This document shows, piece by piece, positions 38,547-47,964 of a stretch of 64,000 nucleotides of DNA. The notes under the pieces were generated by a model. The model searched no databases. It had not been told where the DNA came from and saw only the letters and a program-made list of their open reading frames with translations. This DNA is from an uncultured delta proteobacterium (GTDB lineage: Bacteria; Desulfobacterota; Desulfomonilia; UBA1062), in assembly GCA_963798485.1 (NCBI GenBank), contig CAWCTR010000024.1:32001-96000 (forward strand), read 5' to 3'. The first letter of the stretch is position 1, and each line of letters starts with the position of its first letter. Position numbers and translations under genes: made by a program.

Positions 38547-39173
38547 ATGTATAAACGTTACCCCGGTTGTCATTCTCGCAAGACACTCCGTCTCAAAGGT
38601 TACGACTATTCCAATACCGGTGCATATTTCATAACCATATGTACCAATTATCGCAAGCTGTTATTCGGCGAGATCTCTGGGTCAGATGCTTCCTATTATA
38701 AAGCAGGAGAGATGATCATAAACCATTGGAACGATATTGAGAGAACATGTAAATCTGTAAAGCCTGATGTTGCTGTTGTTATGCCGAATCACTTCCATGG
38801 GATCATATTTGTAGGGGTGCCCCTTGTGGGCACCCATTCGAATGAAGCCCATATTACATGTTCTCCATCTGACACGAGGGCACCCACAAGGGGAGCCCCT
38901 ACACAGTTGGGAGATATAATTGGTGCATTTAAATCAATTACAACGAATGAATATATCCTCGGAGTGAACCACGAATTTTGGCCAAGGTTTTCAGAGCGGT
39001 TATGGCAACGGAATTTCTATGAGCACATCGTTAGGGACGAAGATGAGTTAGCGAGAATTCGTGAATATATTGTCAACAACCCCTACAAGTGGGAGACGGA
39101 CAGAGAAAATCCATATCTCTTGTCTGTAAATAACTCTTGCGATACAACTGAAGCTGAGAGTTGGCATGTGTAA
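38547..39173 (+). CDS. REP-associated tyrosine transposase (RAYT, Y1 HUH)
   Basis: RLKGYDYS, YFITICT, VMPNHFHGI (HUH), LWQRNFYEHIVR, YIVNNP motifs. Confidence 0.92.
   Translation: MYKRYPGCHSRKTLRLKGYDYSNTGAYFITICTNYRKLLFGEISGSDASYYKAGEMIINHWNDIERTCKSVKPDVAVVMPNHFHGIIFVGVPLVGTHSNEAHITCSPSDTRAPTRGAPTQLGDIIGAFKSITTNEYILGVNHEFWPRFSERLWQRNFYEHIVRDEDELARIREYIVNNPYKWETDRENPYLLSVNNSCDTTEAESWHV
38811..38902. repeat. Inverted REP pair (REPIN-like) inside the RAYT CDS
   Basis: GTAGGGGTGCCCCTTGTGGGCACCC (38811-38835) and GGGCACCCACAAGGGGAGCCCCTAC (38878-38902). Confidence 0.88.
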
Positions 39174-39231
39174 ATAAATCGGGACATCCAAGCTATAATA
39201 ATGGTCAAGATATAAAAAGAAAACAAGGATT

Positions 39232-39614
39232 ATTACCACCGCTACCCGCATGCGGGCTATGGGGGCATGTTCCACCGATGGGCGCAAGACCCGAATAGCA
39301 AGCCATACAACAGCTTCGGCAACGGCTCGGCCATGCGGATCAGCCCTGTGGGGTTTGCCTTTGACACCCTAGAGGATGTATTTGAGAAGGCCAAGCTTTT
39401 CACAGAGATCACCCACAACCACCCTGAGGGGATCAAAGGCGCCCAGGCAACTGCATCGGCCATCTTCCTGGCAAGAAAAGGAAACAAACGGCAAGAGATC
39501 AGAGAGTACATTGAATCCACCTTTGACTACGACCTTTCACGCACCCTTGACGAGATCCGGCCGGGCTACGGCTTTGATGTGACCTGCGCAGTTTATGCAG
39601 CACTACTGCGGTAA
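39232..39614 (+). pseudogene. ADP-ribosylglycohydrolase internal fragment
   Basis: YPHAGYGGMF, PYNSFGNGSAMRISP, ITHNHPEGIKGA motifs; both termini missing. Confidence 0.8.
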
Positions 39615-39771
39615 AGAGAACCATTTAAGGGTATAAAAAGGTATCAATAGGAAAACATCTTTGATAAAATACCTTACACTTCTCACGGCACTTGGTTGTC
39701 AGAGGCATACACCGTACATATTATAAAAGATGGGATATTCTTTACTTAAGAAAGGAGGAAATGAAGTGGGT

Positions 39772-40161
39772 ATGTTACAGGAGTTCAAGACCTTTGCAGT
39801 CAAAGGGAACATGATCGACATGGCAGTGGGCATCATCATCGGCGCAGCGTTCGGCAAGATTGTCTCGTCACTCGTCGGGGACATGATCATGCCGCCTATC
39901 GGCATCCTCTTGGGCGGCGTAGACTTCAGCAACCTGACGATCGTGCTGAAAGAGGCAGTAGACAAGGCCCCGGCGGTCACCCTGAATTACGGCAAGTTCA
40001 TCCAGACCGTCATCGACTTCCTCATCATCTCTTTTTGCATCTTCATCATGGTCAAGGGGATAAACACCCTCAAACGCAAAGAAGAGGAAGCCCCTGCAGA
40101 ACCGCCCAAAGATGAAGTGCTGCTCACCGAGATCAGGGACTTGCTGAAGACGAAAAAGTGA
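39772..40161 (+). CDS. mscL: Large-conductance mechanosensitive channel
   Basis: [32 protein letters not shown] and LLTEIRDLL motifs. Confidence 0.96.
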   Translation: MLQEFKTFAVKGNMIDMAVGIIIGAAFGKIVSSLVGDMIMPPIGILLGGVDFSNLTIVLKEAVDKAPAVTLNYGKFIQTVIDFLIISFCIFIMVKGINTLKRKEEEAPAEPPKDEVLLTEIRDLLKTKK

Positions 40162-40208
40162 GGCAGCGGGGCTGAAAAGCGCACCGGTTCTCTGGATTCA
40201 GATTTTAT

Positions 40209-41066
40209 TTGGAGGGCATCATGCCGGGATTATTTGTCGTGGTCGTTTTTATTTTTTTAGTGCTTATCACCGTATTCCTGGGGGTGAGGATCGTCCCGCA
40301 GGGAAGCAAACACGTAGTCCAGAGGCTGGGCAAGTATCACACGACCCTAGGTCCGGGGTTGAACTTCATTATCCCGTACATAGATATGGTGGCCTACCGG
40401 GTAACGAGTAAAGATATCGTGCTGGATATACCCTCACAGGAGGTCATCACCAAAGACAACGCGGTCATCGTGGTCAATGCGGTTGCCTATATCAATATCA
40501 TCTCCCCTGAAAAGTCCGTCTATGGGGTGGAGGATTACCGCCTTGCCATCCAGAACCTGGTCCAGACGTCATTGCGGTCCATCATCGGCGAGATGAATCT
40601 GGACGACGCCCTTTCATCAAGGGAGAGGATCAAGGCAAGGCTCAAGGAAGGCATTTCAGACGATATCGCAGACTGGGGCATTATACTAAAGACCGTGGAG
40701 ATCCAGGATATCAACCCCTCCGAGACCATGCAGAAGGCCATGGAAGAACAGGCTGCAGCAGAACGGGCACGCAGGGCCACCGTTACCAAGGCCGAGGGTG
40801 AGAAATCGGCCGCCATCCTCCAGGCCGAAGGCAGGTTCGAGGCAAGTAAGCTGGACGCCAGGGCCAAGGTGGTGATGGCAGAGGGTGACCAGCTCTCCAT
40901 CAGCAAGATCACGGAAGCCGTTTTGAACAACGAGCTTCCTGTCATGTTCATCCTGGGAGGACGGTACATCGATGCCCTGAAAAATGTTTCGACATCCGGC
41001 AATTCCAAGATCGTGGTCCTTCCCGCCGACCTTCCGGCCGCCATCAAGGGGATGCTGGGTAAATGA
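40209..41066 (+). CDS. SPFH/band-7 membrane protein (QmcA-like)
   Basis: RLGKY, QEVITKDN, LRSIIG, VEIQDI motifs. Confidence 0.92.
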   Translation: MEGIMPGLFVVVVFIFLVLITVFLGVRIVPQGSKHVVQRLGKYHTTLGPGLNFIIPYIDMVAYRVTSKDIVLDIPSQEVITKDNAVIVVNAVAYINIISPEKSVYGVEDYRLAIQNLVQTSLRSIIGEMNLDDALSSRERIKARLKEGISDDIADWGIILKTVEIQDINPSETMQKAMEEQAAAERARRATVTKAEGEKSAAILQAEGRFEASKLDARAKVVMAEGDQLSISKITEAVLNNELPVMFILGGRYIDALKNVSTSGNSKIVVLPADLPAAIKGMLGK

Positions 41067-41086
41067 CGGCTTACCGGGGATAGAAC

Positions 41087-42154
41087 ATGGCTGATAAGGC
41101 ATACAATAGCCTGAGAGAATTTTTGGACCAGTTCCCAATCGGATATCCCAAGACTGCTTCAGGCGTTGAGATCAGGATCCTCAAGAGGCTCTTCACCGAG
41201 GATGAGGCGGAAACAGTGACCTTGCTCACTCCCTTTGCCGAGGAGGCTTCGCAGATCGCGTTACGCATGAACCTGGATGAGGCGATATTGAAAAACAAGC
41301 TGGAGGCCCTGGCGGATAAGGGCCTCATATTCCGCATAAGGCGCGGAGACAAGACCCTCTTCAATGCCATCCCCTTCATGATCGGATTATACGAATATTC
41401 GGTGCAGAAGATGGACCCTGATCTTGCAACCCTCTACAGGGATTATTACGAACAGGCCTACCAGAAAGAGATGGCTGCAAGCGATGTGCCCGGGTTCAAG
41501 GTAATCCCCATCGGACATACCATCAGCAAGGAGATGGTCCTCATCCCTTCATGCAGGCTCGAAGAAGAGGTGAAAAAGGCCCGGGTTATCTCAGTTGCCC
41601 CCTGTATATGCCGCACAGAGGCGGCCCTTACGGGCAAAGACTGCGGCCTGCCCAAAGAGACATGCCTCCACTTCGGGGCCGCAGCCGAGTACTACATTGA
41701 GAATAATATCGGAAGGCGGGTCAGCGCCGAAGAGGCCCTTGCCATCATCGATGAGGCCGACCGTGCAGGTCTTGTCCATGCAGGCGTGAACACGCAGCAC
41801 CTGTCGAATCTCTGCAACTGCTGCCCGTGCTGCTGCGCATCCATGAAGGGGATCACGGGAAAAGGCATGGACAAGCACGGTTTTCTCAATGCCCTGTTTC
41901 TGGCATCCGTTGATCAGGACCTGTGCACCGGGTGCGGCATTTGTGCAGGTCGTTGCCCTGTGCATGCCATATCAGCGGATGAGGAGGCCCGTGTGGATGT
42001 CCAAAAATGCCTGGGCTGCGGCCTGTGCTCTACAGCCTGCCCTGTTGAGGCAATCACCATGCACCTGAGGGAAGACCGCGAAGAGCCCTTTGATACGGTC
42101 ATTGACATGGGTCTTGCCATCTTGAAGGGAAAGGGGCTACCTAAAAACACATGA
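41087..42154 (+). CDS. 4Fe-4S dicluster-binding protein
   Basis: CICR, CNCCPCCC and two CxxCxxCxxxCP motifs. Confidence 0.88.
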   Translation: MADKAYNSLREFLDQFPIGYPKTASGVEIRILKRLFTEDEAETVTLLTPFAEEASQIALRMNLDEAILKNKLEALADKGLIFRIRRGDKTLFNAIPFMIGLYEYSVQKMDPDLATLYRDYYEQAYQKEMAASDVPGFKVIPIGHTISKEMVLIPSCRLEEEVKKARVISVAPCICRTEAALTGKDCGLPKETCLHFGAAAEYYIENNIGRRVSAEEALAIIDEADRAGLVHAGVNTQHLSNLCNCCPCCCASMKGITGKGMDKHGFLNALFLASVDQDLCTGCGICAGRCPVHAISADEEARVDVQKCLGCGLCSTACPVEAITMHLREDREEPFDTVIDMGLAILKGKGLPKNT

Positions 42155-42690
42155 CAAGGGAAAAGACTCCCAATAAACACTCGGGCCTGGAAAAAACATT
42201 GAAAGGCTTTGCACGCCGGGCATGTGACTTGGGTGCCGATGAAGCGAAAAGCATTCATGCTCGCACAGTCCTCACCGCACCATGGGTGAGGATGAAGTGC
42301 CATTTCGGGTGCGAGCTTTACGGGCTTGGGTACTGCTGTCCCCCGCAAACACCCACACCTCAGGAAATGCGCGATGTGATAGCATGCTATGAGCATGCCC
42401 TTCTCTTTCACTGCACGAAACTGGGCAGCCCGAGCCGTATAGCCTATGAGCTTGAACGGGAGATATTCCTGGAAGGCTTCCACAAGGCCATCGGCCTCGG
42501 ATCAGGGCCTTGCAGGATCTGCAGGAAATGCTCCCCGAAGGGGTGCACGCACCCTAACAGGGCCAGGCCGTCCATGGAGGGCTGCGGAATAGATGTATTT
42601 GCCACGGTGCGGATAAACGGATTCCCCATTGAAGTGCTCAAGGATGAAGGCTGCCAAGGGAATTATTACGGTATTGTCCTTATTGACTGA
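42151..42690 (+). CDS. DUF2284 family metal-binding protein
   Basis: WVRMKCHFGC, CCPP, GPCRICRKC, ARPSMEGCGIDVFAT motifs. Confidence 0.85.
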   Translation: MTREKTPNKHSGLEKTLKGFARRACDLGADEAKSIHARTVLTAPWVRMKCHFGCELYGLGYCCPPQTPTPQEMRDVIACYEHALLFHCTKLGSPSRIAYELEREIFLEGFHKAIGLGSGPCRICRKCSPKGCTHPNRARPSMEGCGIDVFATVRINGFPIEVLKDEGCQGNYYGIVLID

Positions 42691-42716
42691 TATTTCTCGC
42701 CAAAGGAAGAAGACTG

Positions 42717-43364
42717 ATGCAAGGTTCCGGCATCCCGCGAACTGAAATCATCAATGCCCTTAACGAGATCTACTCTGAGGTAGACCAGATCTCAGGCGGG
42801 CTCTTTGACCTCCACTCACCAAGACTCCTTTGCAGGCAAGGCTGCACAGGCTGCTGCATGGACGGCATAACGGTCTTCGAGGTGGAGGCACAAAATATTA
42901 TCGAACAATATCGCGACCTGCTGGATCACGGTGTTGCATATCCTGAGGGTGCATGCGCCTTCCTTGATAAAGAAGGCAGGTGCAGAATCTATATGCACAG
43001 GCCCTATGTCTGCCGCACCCAGGGGCTTCCCTTGCGCTGGCTTGACGAGACTACGAGCGGGGATATCGTGGAGATGCGCGATATCTGCCCGGTCAACGAG
43101 ACCGGCCCTGCTATCGTTACACTTCCCGAGGAACAATGCTGGACCATAGGCCCCTTTGAGCTCAGGCTCGCTGCGCTCCAGGCCCTTGTCTCGGGCAATG
43201 AGATGCGAAGGGTCCCGCTCAGATCGCTCTTCACACACTCCGCCAAAGAGAACTTGAGAACAGACAAGACAGGCCACGATGAATCATCTATGGAGGTGGA
43301 TGAGGAATTCAGAAATCTATGCCCGGCCACTGCAGTGTGCATGTGCAAACAACTTGAACCATGA
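42717..43364 (+). CDS. YkgJ family cysteine-cluster protein
   Basis: CRQGCTGCC, CAFL...CRIYMHRPYVCR motifs. Confidence 0.85.
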   Translation: MQGSGIPRTEIINALNEIYSEVDQISGGLFDLHSPRLLCRQGCTGCCMDGITVFEVEAQNIIEQYRDLLDHGVAYPEGACAFLDKEGRCRIYMHRPYVCRTQGLPLRWLDETTSGDIVEMRDICPVNETGPAIVTLPEEQCWTIGPFELRLAALQALVSGNEMRRVPLRSLFTHSAKENLRTDKTGHDESSMEVDEEFRNLCPATAVCMCKQLEP

Positions 43365-43417
43365 TAGGTTCAATCGCTGATCACCAGATTCGATAAACAT
43401 GCTGAAAGGAACCGGTA

Positions 43418-44413
43418 ATGAAGCTCAAGCGTATCCGACTAAAAAGCGATTCATCACCATCCATAGCGATCTTCTTCAAGGATAAATGGCTGCCTCTCAG
43501 GCTTGTCCTTGGCCGGGCAGGACGTGTCATTACATCTGAGGAAGGGCATCTCACCACCGACATGATCGCCCTACTCCGGACAGGCCCGTCCTTCCGGCAG
43601 TACCTGGAAGGACTCATGGATGCCTGGCTCATGTCTCATGAAGGGGATCAGGACGCCTACGATGATACCCCCCTGCTCCCCTTTGAACCACGGTCCTACC
43701 GCGATTTCATGCTCTTTGAAAAACACGCCATCGATGCGGCACGCGGCTTAGCAAAACGCTTTATTCCCCTCGGCTACTTAGTCGCCATAGGATATGAACG
43801 CATGACAGGCCGCACCTTCCCACTCTTCCGGCCCAAACAGATCTGGTACAAGAAACCGATCTATTACATGGGAAACCATCTGAGCTTTGTCACGGACAAT
43901 CAAGGTATCCCCTTCCCCTCATACAGCACGGCCCTGGATTACGAGCTCGAGCTTGGCGCAGTGATTGTAAACCCCATCAGGAACGCAACCCCCAAAGAGG
44001 CCCTTTCAGCCGTCGGCGGGTTTGTGGTGTTCAATGACTTCAGCGCACGTGACGTGCAGCTCTCCGAGATGAAAAGCGGGTTCGGCCCGTCAAAGGCCAA
44101 GCACTTCGCCAATGCGATCTCTTCGGTTGTCGTATCAGCCGATGAAATCCTCCCCTTTCTCAATAATCTCCAGGCCCAGGTAAGGATCAACCATGAGAGC
44201 ATTATCAAGACATCCACTGCAGGCATGCATTTCACCCTTGGTGAGGCCATTGCCTATGCCTCACTGGAGGAGCAGCTCTATCCGGGGGAGTTCTTGGCAA
44301 CAGGGACACTGCCAGGCGGCAGCGGTATGGAGAATGGCCATTGGCTGAAGCCTGGAGATACCATAGAGCTTGTCATAGAAAAAATTGGGACACTGACCAA
44401 CTCCATCATATGA
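43418..44413 (+). CDS. Fumarylacetoacetate hydrolase family protein
   Basis: RDFMLFEKH, LDYELELG, FNDFSARDVQ, ATGT, WLKPGD motifs. Confidence 0.9.
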   Translation: MKLKRIRLKSDSSPSIAIFFKDKWLPLRLVLGRAGRVITSEEGHLTTDMIALLRTGPSFRQYLEGLMDAWLMSHEGDQDAYDDTPLLPFEPRSYRDFMLFEKHAIDAARGLAKRFIPLGYLVAIGYERMTGRTFPLFRPKQIWYKKPIYYMGNHLSFVTDNQGIPFPSYSTALDYELELGAVIVNPIRNATPKEALSAVGGFVVFNDFSARDVQLSEMKSGFGPSKAKHFANAISSVVVSADEILPFLNNLQAQVRINHESIIKTSTAGMHFTLGEAIAYASLEEQLYPGEFLATGTLPGGSGMENGHWLKPGDTIELVIEKIGTLTNSII

Positions 44414-44546
44414 AAGCCGGTTATCTCATAAAGGAATGCCCTGTAACCCTTGATTTTAACCGGCTGAGTTCATATCATGAAATAAAGAGGATATAGTGAA
44501 AAAGGCAAGGACAATACCCAGTCATACCTTCAGGAGGTGAAATCAA

Positions 44547-44726
44547 ATGGCGGAAAAGAAACTCTCAATCACCCCATCAAACCTGGCAAAAGAATGGGGC
44601 GTCGGTCTGAAGTCGGTTAAGGATGCCATCATCAAGGCAGGCATCGAACCGAATTCAACCCGCGGGGCATGCAAGTACTACACAGAGGCGGATGCAAAAA
44701 AGATAAAGGCCTTTTTAAAGAAGTAG
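44547..44726 (+). CDS. 59-aa basic protein with a putative MerR-like winged HTH (not in ORF track)
   Basis: Strong AGGAGGTGA RBS; MAEKKLSITPSNLAKEWGVGLKSVKDAIIKAGIEPNSTRGACKYYTEADAKKIKAFLKK. Confidence 0.75.
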   Translation: MAEKKLSITPSNLAKEWGVGLKSVKDAIIKAGIEPNSTRGACKYYTEADAKKIKAFLKK

Positions 44727-44739
44727 CAGACGAAAGCCC

Positions 44740-44796
44740 GGTCTCAGGCCTTGACCTCCAACAATCCGATATCTCTCCCGGTCAGGGCCTGAAACC
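44740..44796. repeat. 17-bp imperfect inverted repeat
   Basis: GGTCTCAGGCCTTGACC ... GGTCAGGGCCTGAAACC (15/17 match). Confidence 0.6.
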
Positions 44797-44915
44797 TTCT
44801 TTGCAGATTAATACATCCCCCTCTCTCCATCCGTAGCCATGAGCGGCCATATAATGGTATAGGTAGATCATGATGAGAGATAAATAATGGCGAATCGGTA
44901 TGAGGAGGTAACCGG

Positions 44916-45335
44916 ATGATGACAGTGAGCCCCACCCGTGAAAGCCTTGCCCGGCTGAGGGATACCTTTCCCAAGGATACGCCTGTGGTTATGGTCAATC
45001 TTTTAAGGTTTCGCGACCGGGCCTTATATCCCAAGGGGTCTACCTTTGGAGAATGCTCGGGAAGACAGGCCTATAAACGGTACATGGAAACGGCCCTGGA
45101 AAAGCTCAGCGAAGTGGGGGCCCGGCCCATATGGATGTCCAAAGCATTTGCCGGTGTCATTGCCCCGGAAGATGAACAATGGGATCAGGTGTTCCTGGTG
45201 AAGTACCCCTCAGTGGATGCCTTTATGGCCATGCTCAAGATGCCCGAGTACCTTGCAGCAACTGTCCACCGCGAGGCGGCCCTGAGAGACTCCAGGCTCA
45301 TTGCCACTATAGAAATCATCTCAGAACTGGGCTGA
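44916..45335 (+). CDS. DUF1330 family protein
   Basis: PVVMVNLLRFR, SGRQAY, WDQVFLVKYPS, HREAAL motifs. Confidence 0.85.
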   Translation: MMTVSPTRESLARLRDTFPKDTPVVMVNLLRFRDRALYPKGSTFGECSGRQAYKRYMETALEKLSEVGARPIWMSKAFAGVIAPEDEQWDQVFLVKYPSVDAFMAMLKMPEYLAATVHREAALRDSRLIATIEIISELG

Positions 45336-45381
45336 TGCAAGACTTTCGACCATGGAATCCCCCCTCTTTCATAAGGATGTA

Positions 45382-46794
45382 TCATTTACTTATTGTGCAA
45401 TCCCTAAGAAACCGTGCATACCTGATCAAATGGGAAACTGCCTTGAAACCGTCTTCCACGTGATCGATGAAGTATATGCCGTGATCGCGGTAATAGCGCC
45501 TTGCATAGTCGCTCACCTCCCGGAAGGTTATGGGTATGATAGGTTTTCCGGCATTGTGAATCACCGAAAGGAAAGGCTCATTCATCCTGGATGCTGATAC
45601 ATCCAGCTCAGTGCTCGGTGGAAACGTTAGAGGGGCGAGGATATCGATATGCTCATCATCAAGCAGGATCTGTACAATCTTGTCCATACCGCTGGAAAAG
45701 CCGGAACCGGTAACATCCAGGGGGTTTCCAGGCTGGGCAAACTCGGGCAGGGCGTCCATCAGCCTGTCTACCGTATCAGGCGAAAGCTCCGGCAGCTCTA
45801 TGGCCAGCCTCTCGCACAGGTCTGCATACAACCCGGCCAGCCCGCCTGACAGGGTGCATATCCCCAGGCGGCCTCCCCCAGGCAGGGGGCAGCGGGAAAA
45901 TATTCCAGCCGTCTCCACCAGCTCCTCGATGGTATCGACACGGATGATTCCATATTGCCGGAAGAACCCTTCCATCACACCCGCATCGCCTGCCAGGGCT
46001 CCGGTGTGGGAGCGTGCAGCCTGAACACCTTTTTCAGAGCGGCCCACCTTTATGAGTATGATGGGGATCTGCTTTGTGGCTGCCTCGGATGCAATCCGCT
46101 GCATCCTGGGCACATCCCTGAAGCCTTCCATGAAACCAATGATCACCCGGGTGACACCATCATTGATCATGTACTCAAAACAATCCTCGGACGAGAGCAG
46201 GCCCTCGTTGCCCGAGGTGATATACAGCGACATCCCCAAGCCCTTCTTTAATATCTTGGTGGCGATGATCTCGCTGACAGCACCGCTCTGTCCGACTATG
46301 CCGATGGTGCCCGGGACAAGATCGCCTTCCACGGACCCGCCTGCAAAAACGCTTATCTTGCTGTTCATGTTAATGAACCCCAGGCAGTTGGGCCCAAGGA
46401 GCAGGATATCATTGTCTAGGCAGTAACCTTTGAGCTCCTCCTGCAGGAGCGTCCCCTCTTCTCCAGCCTCTGAAAAACCCGAGGAGATGAGGAGGATGTT
46501 CCTGATGCCTTTGCCGGCAAGGGCCTTGATGGTTTCCAGCACCCGGGTGCTCTTGACAATGACTGCGGCAAAATCGATGACGCCCCCAGGGAGTTCTGCA
46601 ATGGAGGAAAAGGCAGGGATGCCACACACCTCTTTCGCCCCAGGGTTTACGGGGTAAAAGCGTCCCTCAAAGCCGATCCTTTGGGCATTACCGGCCATAT
46701 TGAAAAACCAGTGATTTTTGGTGGACGCTCCTACTACGGCGATATTCGTGGGTGAAAAAAATCTGTGTAGACGCTCATTCATACTAAGCCTCAT
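45382..46794 (-). CDS. ADP-forming acyl-CoA synthetase alpha-like subunit (CoA-binding)
   Basis: IAVVGAS, GPNCLG, GQSG, ARSHTGALAG (phospho-His), NPLDVTG motifs; no ATP-grasp domain. Confidence 0.88.
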   Translation of the reverse strand: MRLSMNERLHRFFSPTNIAVVGASTKNHWFFNMAGNAQRIGFEGRFYPVNPGAKEVCGIPAFSSIAELPGGVIDFAAVIVKSTRVLETIKALAGKGIRNILLISSGFSEAGEEGTLLQEELKGYCLDNDILLLGPNCLGFINMNSKISVFAGGSVEGDLVPGTIGIVGQSGAVSEIIATKILKKGLGMSLYITSGNEGLLSSEDCFEYMINDGVTRVIIGFMEGFRDVPRMQRIASEAATKQIPIILIKVGRSEKGVQAARSHTGALAGDAGVMEGFFRQYGIIRVDTIEELVETAGIFSRCPLPGGGRLGICTLSGGLAGLYADLCERLAIELPELSPDTVDRLMDALPEFAQPGNPLDVTGSGFSSGMDKIVQILLDDEHIDILAPLTFPPSTELDVSASRMNEPFLSVIHNAGKPIIPITFREVSDYARRYYRDHGIYFIDHVEDGFKAVSHLIRYARFLRDCTISK

Positions 46795-47024
46795 CGAAGT
46801 CCAGTCATCTGATAGTGGTATTAATGATGCATCTCCATGTAGATCATTACCACACGGAGATTGTCAAGAGGGCCATTATGAAAGAACCTTGACTGCTCTT
46901 CTATTTGATATTATATTAGAAAATGCATCTTTAGAATTCTATGCGAATTTTATTTTTTGGTTTTGAAATCATTTTTTTCACCCCGGAGTTCCTACAACAT
47001 TGTTGTTTGAGGGTTTAATAAAAT

Positions 47025-47933
47025 ATGCCCCGAGAGATCCCAGACATCGCCATCATGTTCGTTGATATATCCGGCAGCACAAGACTGTACGAGACCCTTG
47101 GAAATGAGCCTGCCTATAAACTGGTAACCAAGTGGATATCCATCCTTTCGGATATCATTGACCAGCACCAGGGCACGCTCATCAAGACCATAGGCGATGA
47201 AGTCATGTGCACCTTTGCCGATGCCTACCAGGCAATAAACGCTGCAATCAAGATGAACAACAGCTTCGAGGACATTTTCAAGACCCGTCTGAAAAAAAAC
47301 CTCAGGCCGGGCCTGCGCATCGGGCTCCAAACCGGCAGGGTGATCAGGCAGGGCAATGATGTGTTCGGTGATGCAGTGAACATGGCTGCACGGATGGTAT
47401 CTCTTGCAAAACCTAAACAGATCCTCACGACTCAAGAGATGATCGATGAACTCCCTTCAGACTTACAAGAAAAGTCAAGGTTTGTGGACAAGACAAGGAT
47501 AAAGGGCAAGGATGGCGAGTTCAACATTTATGAAGTCATCTGGAACGAGGGTGACATGACCATCATGCTCTTCGACGGTCCGGACTGCCGGGTCCAATCC
47601 GAGGGCCTCCACCTCAGGTATGGGAGAAAAGATGTCTACATGGATAAGGACAAGCCTGCCTTAACACTGGGCAGGCTGCCCGAGAACGACCTGATAGTGG
47701 ATGACGGCATTGCCTCGCGTTTTCATGCGCGCATTGAATACCACCGGGGCAAGTTCGTGCTTATCGACCAGAGCTCAAACGGCACCTATGTCTTCCTGGA
47801 TGGGGAAAAGCCTTCCCTTATCCATCATGATGAATGCGTACTGAGCAACCACGGTTACATCAGCCTGGGGCGCGAGGCCAAGGCCGGATCGCCGGAGATA
47901 ATACGTTTCTCCTGTAACGGTCAGAAGAAATGA
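47025..47933 (+). CDS. Class III adenylate/guanylate cyclase with C-terminal FHA domain
   Basis: FVDISGST, KTIGDEVM, DVFGDAVNMAAR; FHA motifs LGR, SRFHA, SSNGT. Confidence 0.9.
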   Translation: MPREIPDIAIMFVDISGSTRLYETLGNEPAYKLVTKWISILSDIIDQHQGTLIKTIGDEVMCTFADAYQAINAAIKMNNSFEDIFKTRLKKNLRPGLRIGLQTGRVIRQGNDVFGDAVNMAARMVSLAKPKQILTTQEMIDELPSDLQEKSRFVDKTRIKGKDGEFNIYEVIWNEGDMTIMLFDGPDCRVQSEGLHLRYGRKDVYMDKDKPALTLGRLPENDLIVDDGIASRFHARIEYHRGKFVLIDQSSNGTYVFLDGEKPSLIHHDECVLSNHGYISLGREAKAGSPEIIRFSCNGQKK

Positions 47934-47964
47934 ACGGCATGATCTTCTTTGAGGGGGGTGAACC

